DNA of 64,000 nt from positions 13,010 to 77,009 of the forward strand of contig JAKFFM010000039.1 in the NCBI GenBank assembly GCA_036675075.1, in the 5' to 3' direction. A model generated the notes under the pieces. It was not told the DNA's origin. It saw nothing but the letters and a program-made list of their open reading frames with translations, and ran no database searches. The position numbers were made by a program, and so were the translations under genes. The stretch comes from Bacteroidota bacterium (GTDB lineage Bacteria > Bacteroidota > Bacteroidia > JAKFFM01). Shown in pieces: positions 59,871 to 64,000 of the stretch (positions are counted from its first letter, which is position 1; the number at the start of each line of letters is the position of its first letter).

Positions 59871-61664
59871 ATGGAGAATTTTATTGTTTCAGCGCGTAAA
59901 TACAGGCCAGCAACGTTTGATACGGTTGTAGGTCAAAGTTCAATCACAACCACACTTAAAAATGCGATCAAGAATAACCATCTTGCCCAGGCATTTTTAT
60001 TCTGTGGACCTCGTGGTGTTGGAAAAACAACGTGTGCACGTATCCTTGCAAAAACGATAAACTGCTTCAATATCACCGAATCGGTTGAAGCATGTGACCA
60101 ATGTGAATCATGCATATCCTTCACACAGGGACATTCCCTGAACATCTACGAGCTCGATGCGGCATCAAATAACTCGGTGGATGATATCCGAAATCTTGTT
60201 GACCAGGTAAGGTTTGCTCCGCAGCTTGGAAAATATAAGATCTATATCATCGATGAGGTTCACATGCTTTCTCAGGCTGCATTCAATGCATTTCTGAAGA
60301 CTCTTGAAGAGCCACCCAAGCACGCGATCTTCATTCTCGCAACAACTGAAAAGCACAAAATCATTCCAACGATCCTGTCCCGCTGCCAGATCTTTGACTT
60401 CAGCAGGATCGGCATCGAAGATATCGCTGATCATCTTGCATATATTGCTGGTAACGAAAACATCACTGCTGAGCACGATGCACTTCACATCATCGCGCAG
60501 AAAGCGGATGGAGCCCTGAGGGATGCCTGTTCGATATTTGACAGGATCGTGACTTTTGCTGGTAACAACATCACCTACAAGGCAGTCATTGAGAACCTGA
60601 ATATCCTTGATTACGATTACTACTTCAAAATCACTTCACAGATCCTCAGCTCTGATATTCCGAATTGTCTTCTGACGTTTAACGAGATCCTTAACAACGG
60701 TTTCGACGGACATAACTTTACAAACGGACTTTCTGAACATTTCAGGAACCTGCTTGTGGCGCAGGATCCGATCACAGTGCAGCTTCTTGAAGTTGGAGTG
60801 AACATCAAAGAGAAATACAAAAACCAAAGTCAACAGTGTGGCAGGGATTTTCTTGTTCGCGCTCTTGAACTGAATAATAAATCTGATCTCAATTATCGTA
60901 TCAGCAAAAGCCCCCGCCTCCTGGTTGAGCTTACGCTGATGCAGCTTTGTACTCTTGCATCAGGTGTAGCGCCTATGCAGGAAAAAAAAAATCCTATAGC
61001 GCCGGCTGAGCGCCCTTTATCAACGCAACAACTGCCTGCCCAGCAGGTTCAAGTTCCTCAGGGACAGCCAGTAAAGCCTGTTGCAACGGAATTGCCACCA
61101 AGCGCCCGACCAGTTGATCCTGTCTCTGCAAAGCCATCCGAATATCCGAAGATCACAGTCGATCCTTCAGTACAGGCAGCAGAAAAAAAGCAGCCTGCAG
61201 TGGGAATGGGAGGAGCATTGTCTTTGAAAGACATGCTAAAGAAGAACAAGATCGAAGATGCTCCCGCTGATCCTGCATCTCCGGTGAACCAGTCAGCCGT
61301 GCCTTTCACTGCCGCGCAGCTTGGAAAAGCATGGAACGATTACGCTGAAAGCATGAAGAACCAGGGAAAGGTGAGTCTCTATACAACACTCATGATGAGG
61401 CAACCCGAACTTCATGAAAATTATACCGCCTTTTTTCAGCTGGATAATAAAGTTCAGGAGGATGCTCTGAAAAGTGAGATGCCTGAAATCCTGGGATACC
61501 TGAGATCGAAGCTGAACAACTATTCGCTAGTAATTAAAACGGAGATCAATAAAGTGGCAGCTGAAAAGCGTCCTTATACAGCTCAGGACAAGTACCGTCG
61601 CATGACTGAGATAAATCCTGCAATCCAGGATTTCCGTCAACAATTTGACCTTGATATAGATTAA
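59871..61664 (+). CDS. dnaX: DNA polymerase III subunit gamma/tau
   Basis: ARKYRP, GPRGVGKTT, DAASNN, IIDEVHML, SRCQ; Pro/Gln-rich linker then a C-terminal domain; internal A10 run at 60982-60991. Confidence 0.97.
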   Translation: MENFIVSARKYRPATFDTVVGQSSITTTLKNAIKNNHLAQAFLFCGPRGVGKTTCARILAKTINCFNITESVEACDQCESCISFTQGHSLNIYELDAASNNSVDDIRNLVDQVRFAPQLGKYKIYIIDEVHMLSQAAFNAFLKTLEEPPKHAIFILATTEKHKIIPTILSRCQIFDFSRIGIEDIADHLAYIAGNENITAEHDALHIIAQKADGALRDACSIFDRIVTFAGNNITYKAVIENLNILDYDYYFKITSQILSSDIPNCLLTFNEILNNGFDGHNFTNGLSEHFRNLLVAQDPITVQLLEVGVNIKEKYKNQSQQCGRDFLVRALELNNKSDLNYRISKSPRLLVELTLMQLCTLASGVAPMQEKKNPIAPAERPLSTQQLPAQQVQVPQGQPVKPVATELPPSARPVDPVSAKPSEYPKITVDPSVQAAEKKQPAVGMGGALSLKDMLKKNKIEDAPADPASPVNQSAVPFTAAQLGKAWNDYAESMKNQGKVSLYTTLMMRQPELHENYTAFFQLDNKVQEDALKSEMPEILGYLRSKLNNYSLVIKTEINKVAAEKRPYTAQDKYRRMTEINPAIQDFRQQFDLDID

Positions 61665-61668
61665 TCCC

Positions 61669-64000
61669 ATGAATAAATTCTTCTCAAAAGCAGGCCTGAT
61701 CCTGCTGCTTGTAATTTCTCATGCAGCAATATTCGCTCAGTCATACAAGTATGAAACTGTTGCGAATGATCCACTGAATGCACGGATCTATAAGCTCTCG
61801 AACGGACTTACCGTTTACATGAGCGTTTATAAGAATGCTCCTCGGATCCAGACCTATATCGCAGTGCGTGCAGGAAGTAAAAATGATCCGGCTGACGCGA
61901 CAGGTCTTGCACACTATTTAGAGCATATGCTTTTTAAGGGAACGGATAAGTATGGTTCGCTTGACTTTCAGAAGGAAAAGCCATTGCTTGACAAAATAGA
62001 GAAGCTTTACGAAACATACCGTGCCACCAAGGACGAATCAAAACGAAAAGTGATCTATCGTGAGATCGACAGTATTTCGGGAGTGGCTGCAAAATATGCT
62101 ATCGCGAATGAATACGATAAGGTTGTAGCTGCGATAGGAGCAAAAGGTTCTAACGCATATACATCAGTTGAACAAACAGTTTACGTATGCGACATTCCAT
62201 CAAACCAGCTGGAAAAATGGCTTACCATTGAGGCGGAACGATTCCGTGCACCTCAGATGAGGATCTTTCATACAGAGCTGGAAGCAGTGTACGAAGAAAA
62301 GAACAGGTCACTTGATACGGACGATGATAAAGTATGGGAAACCTTATTCGCGGGGATGTTTAAAAAGCATCAGTATGGAACACAAACCACCATTGGTACG
62401 ATCGATCATTTGAAGAACCCGAGCATCACCAAGATCAGGGAATACTATGATCAGTACTATATTCCAAACAATATGGCGATCTGTCTTTCAGGGGATTTTG
62501 ACCCTGAAGAAGCGATCAGGCTGATCGATAAGAAATTCTCATCATGGAAATCAGGGAAGCTGAAACCATATGATGCACCTAAAGAGGCACCTATCACAAA
62601 GCCATTGGTATATGATGTAACGGGACCTGATGCAGAGTCTGTGACCTTTGGATTTCGCCTGCCTGGTGCAGGTTCTAAAGAAGCTGATCTGATGCGTGTG
62701 ATGTCTGCCCTGATCTATAACGGAACAGCAGGTCTTGCAGATTTGAATCTGAATCAGAAGCAGGCAATGCTTTCTGCGATGGCATATCCGATGGTTGTGA
62801 AGGATTATTCAGTATTCCTGATGATGGGTAGTCCTAAGGCAGGACAATCTCTGGAAGAAGCAAAGCAGCTGATGCTTGAGCAGATAAACCTTGTAAAAAA
62901 AGGTGAATTTCCTGACTGGATGATTGAAGCTGCTGTAAATGATCTGAAGCTGCAGGAGATTCGTTCATTTGAGAACAACCGTGAAAGAGCTTCTGCCTTT
63001 GTGGAGGCATTTGTGCTTGGACTTCCCTGGAAAGAATATATCCATACAAACACACGGCTTGAAGGAATCACCAAGAAAGAGGTCGTTGAATTCGCGAACA
63101 AGCATTTCAGTGAGAATTATGTTGTAGTGAACAAACGTACAGGAGAAGACAAAAATGTTCAGAAAGTGGTAAAGCCTGCGATCACGCCTGTTGAGGTTAA
63201 TCGTGAGGCGCAATCTGATTTTGTAAAGACGCTTGTAGGCACTTCGGTGTCAGACATTAACCCGGTGTTTGTTGACTACAAGAAAGACATTGTTCAGCTG
63301 AAGGCAGAGAGCAGTGTTCCGGTTCTTTATAAAAAGAACGATGAAAATAATCTGTTCAGCCTGTATTACTATTACGACTTCGGAAGTAATGCGGATCCCA
63401 TGCTTCCTGTTGCGCTGGATTATCTTCAGTACATAGGAACAGCAAAGATGACCGCTGCTGAGGTGCAGCAGGAGTTTTATAAGCTGGGCTGCAGGTTTTC
63501 TGTGTTCACTGCGGAAGACCAGATCTATGTTTCTTTAACAGGTCTTGCAACGAACCAGGAAAAGGCAATGAAGCTTCTTGAAGAGCTAATGACAGCCGGT
63601 AAAGCGGATCAGGTTGCACTTAATAATCTTGTTGATGGTATACTGAAGCAGAGGGCAGATAACAAGCTTTCAAAGAATGTGATCCTGTGGCAGGCGATGA
63701 ACAATTATGCGATCTACGGTCCTAAAAATCCGTTTACGAATATTCTTTCAGAGAAAGAGCTGAAGGCACTGACACCTGAGGGTTTGTTAAAGCTGAACAA
63801 GGAGCTTCTGTCGTACGAACACAAGGTGCTTTACTATGGACCAGTTGCTCCTGACAATTTACTTGCACAGGTGAATGATCTGCATAAAGCTCCGGCAAAG
63901 CTGAAGCAGATGCCATTGGCAAACCAGATCACAGAACTGGATAACAAAGAAACCAATGTGTACATCGTTGATTACGAAATGAAGCAGGCTGAGATCATGA
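61669..64000 (+). CDS. M16 (insulinase) family zinc peptidase, truncated at window end, absent from ORF track
   Basis: ATG 61669, signal peptide, LSNGL, GSKND..TGLAHYLEHMLFKGT (HxxEH), NAYT, VYEE; frame appears open to the edge. Confidence 0.92.
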   Translation, partial: MNKFFSKAGLILLLVISHAAIFAQSYKYETVANDPLNARIYKLSNGLTVYMSVYKNAPRIQTYIAVRAGSKNDPADATGLAHYLEHMLFKGTDKYGSLDFQKEKPLLDKIEKLYETYRATKDESKRKVIYREIDSISGVAAKYAIANEYDKVVAAIGAKGSNAYTSVEQTVYVCDIPSNQLEKWLTIEAERFRAPQMRIFHTELEAVYEEKNRSLDTDDDKVWETLFAGMFKKHQYGTQTTIGTIDHLKNPSITKIREYYDQYYIPNNMAICLSGDFDPEEAIRLIDKKFSSWKSGKLKPYDAPKEAPITKPLVYDVTGPDAESVTFGFRLPGAGSKEADLMRVMSALIYNGTAGLADLNLNQKQAMLSAMAYPMVVKDYSVFLMMGSPKAGQSLEEAKQLMLEQINLVKKGEFPDWMIEAAVNDLKLQEIRSFENNRERASAFVEAFVLGLPWKEYIHTNTRLEGITKKEVVEFANKHFSENYVVVNKRTGEDKNVQKVVKPAITPVEVNREAQSDFVKTLVGTSVSDINPVFVDYKKDIVQLKAESSVPVLYKKNDENNLFSLYYYYDFGSNADPMLPVALDYLQYIGTAKMTAAEVQQEFYKLGCRFSVFTAEDQIYVSLTGLATNQEKAMKLLEELMTAGKADQVALNNLVDGILKQRADNKLSKNVILWQAMNNYAIYGPKNPFTNILSEKELKALTPEGLLKLNKELLSYEHKVLYYGPVAPDNLLAQVNDLHKAPAKLKQMPLANQITELDNKETNVYIVDYEMKQAEIM

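Noticed and set aside
1-64000. Defence island, prophage, IS element, CRISPR array, tRNA/rRNA; also the many short nested ORFs in the track
   Set aside because: No integrase, transposase, cas or RNA-gene motifs seen; nested ORFs are antisense or alternate-frame shadows of well-supported genes

Overview
This window is a chromosomal core-genome segment of an aerobic, gliding Bacteroidota bacterium, judged from porU/porV/gldJ/gldD/gldE, heme A synthase and TAnnTTTG -7 promoter elements. It holds about 60 mostly housekeeping genes: T9SS/gliding, mreBCD-mrdA-rodA, purH, mfd, fbp, serS, rplU/rpmA, ssb, mutY, HU, RNase G/E, prfB, dnaX and an edge-truncated M16 peptidase. I saw no CRISPR array, prophage, IS element, rRNA or tRNA. 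The most interesting signals lie outside the ORF track. (1) dnaX has an A10 run exactly at the gamma/tau boundary, with stops within 2-5 codons in both shifted frames, suggesting slippage or frameshift production of gamma. (2) prfB has the classic +1 frameshift. (3) An uncalled 30-aa ribosomal protein bS22 gene is present. (4) A 75-aa protein consists of a Lys-rich block followed by an Asp-rich block. (5) A soluble 4-PAS hybrid-kinase phosphorelay has a membrane-tail-anchored receiver and no DNA-binding output. (6) Several genes look leaderless. All gene calls come from recognising motifs by eye; no database search was run.
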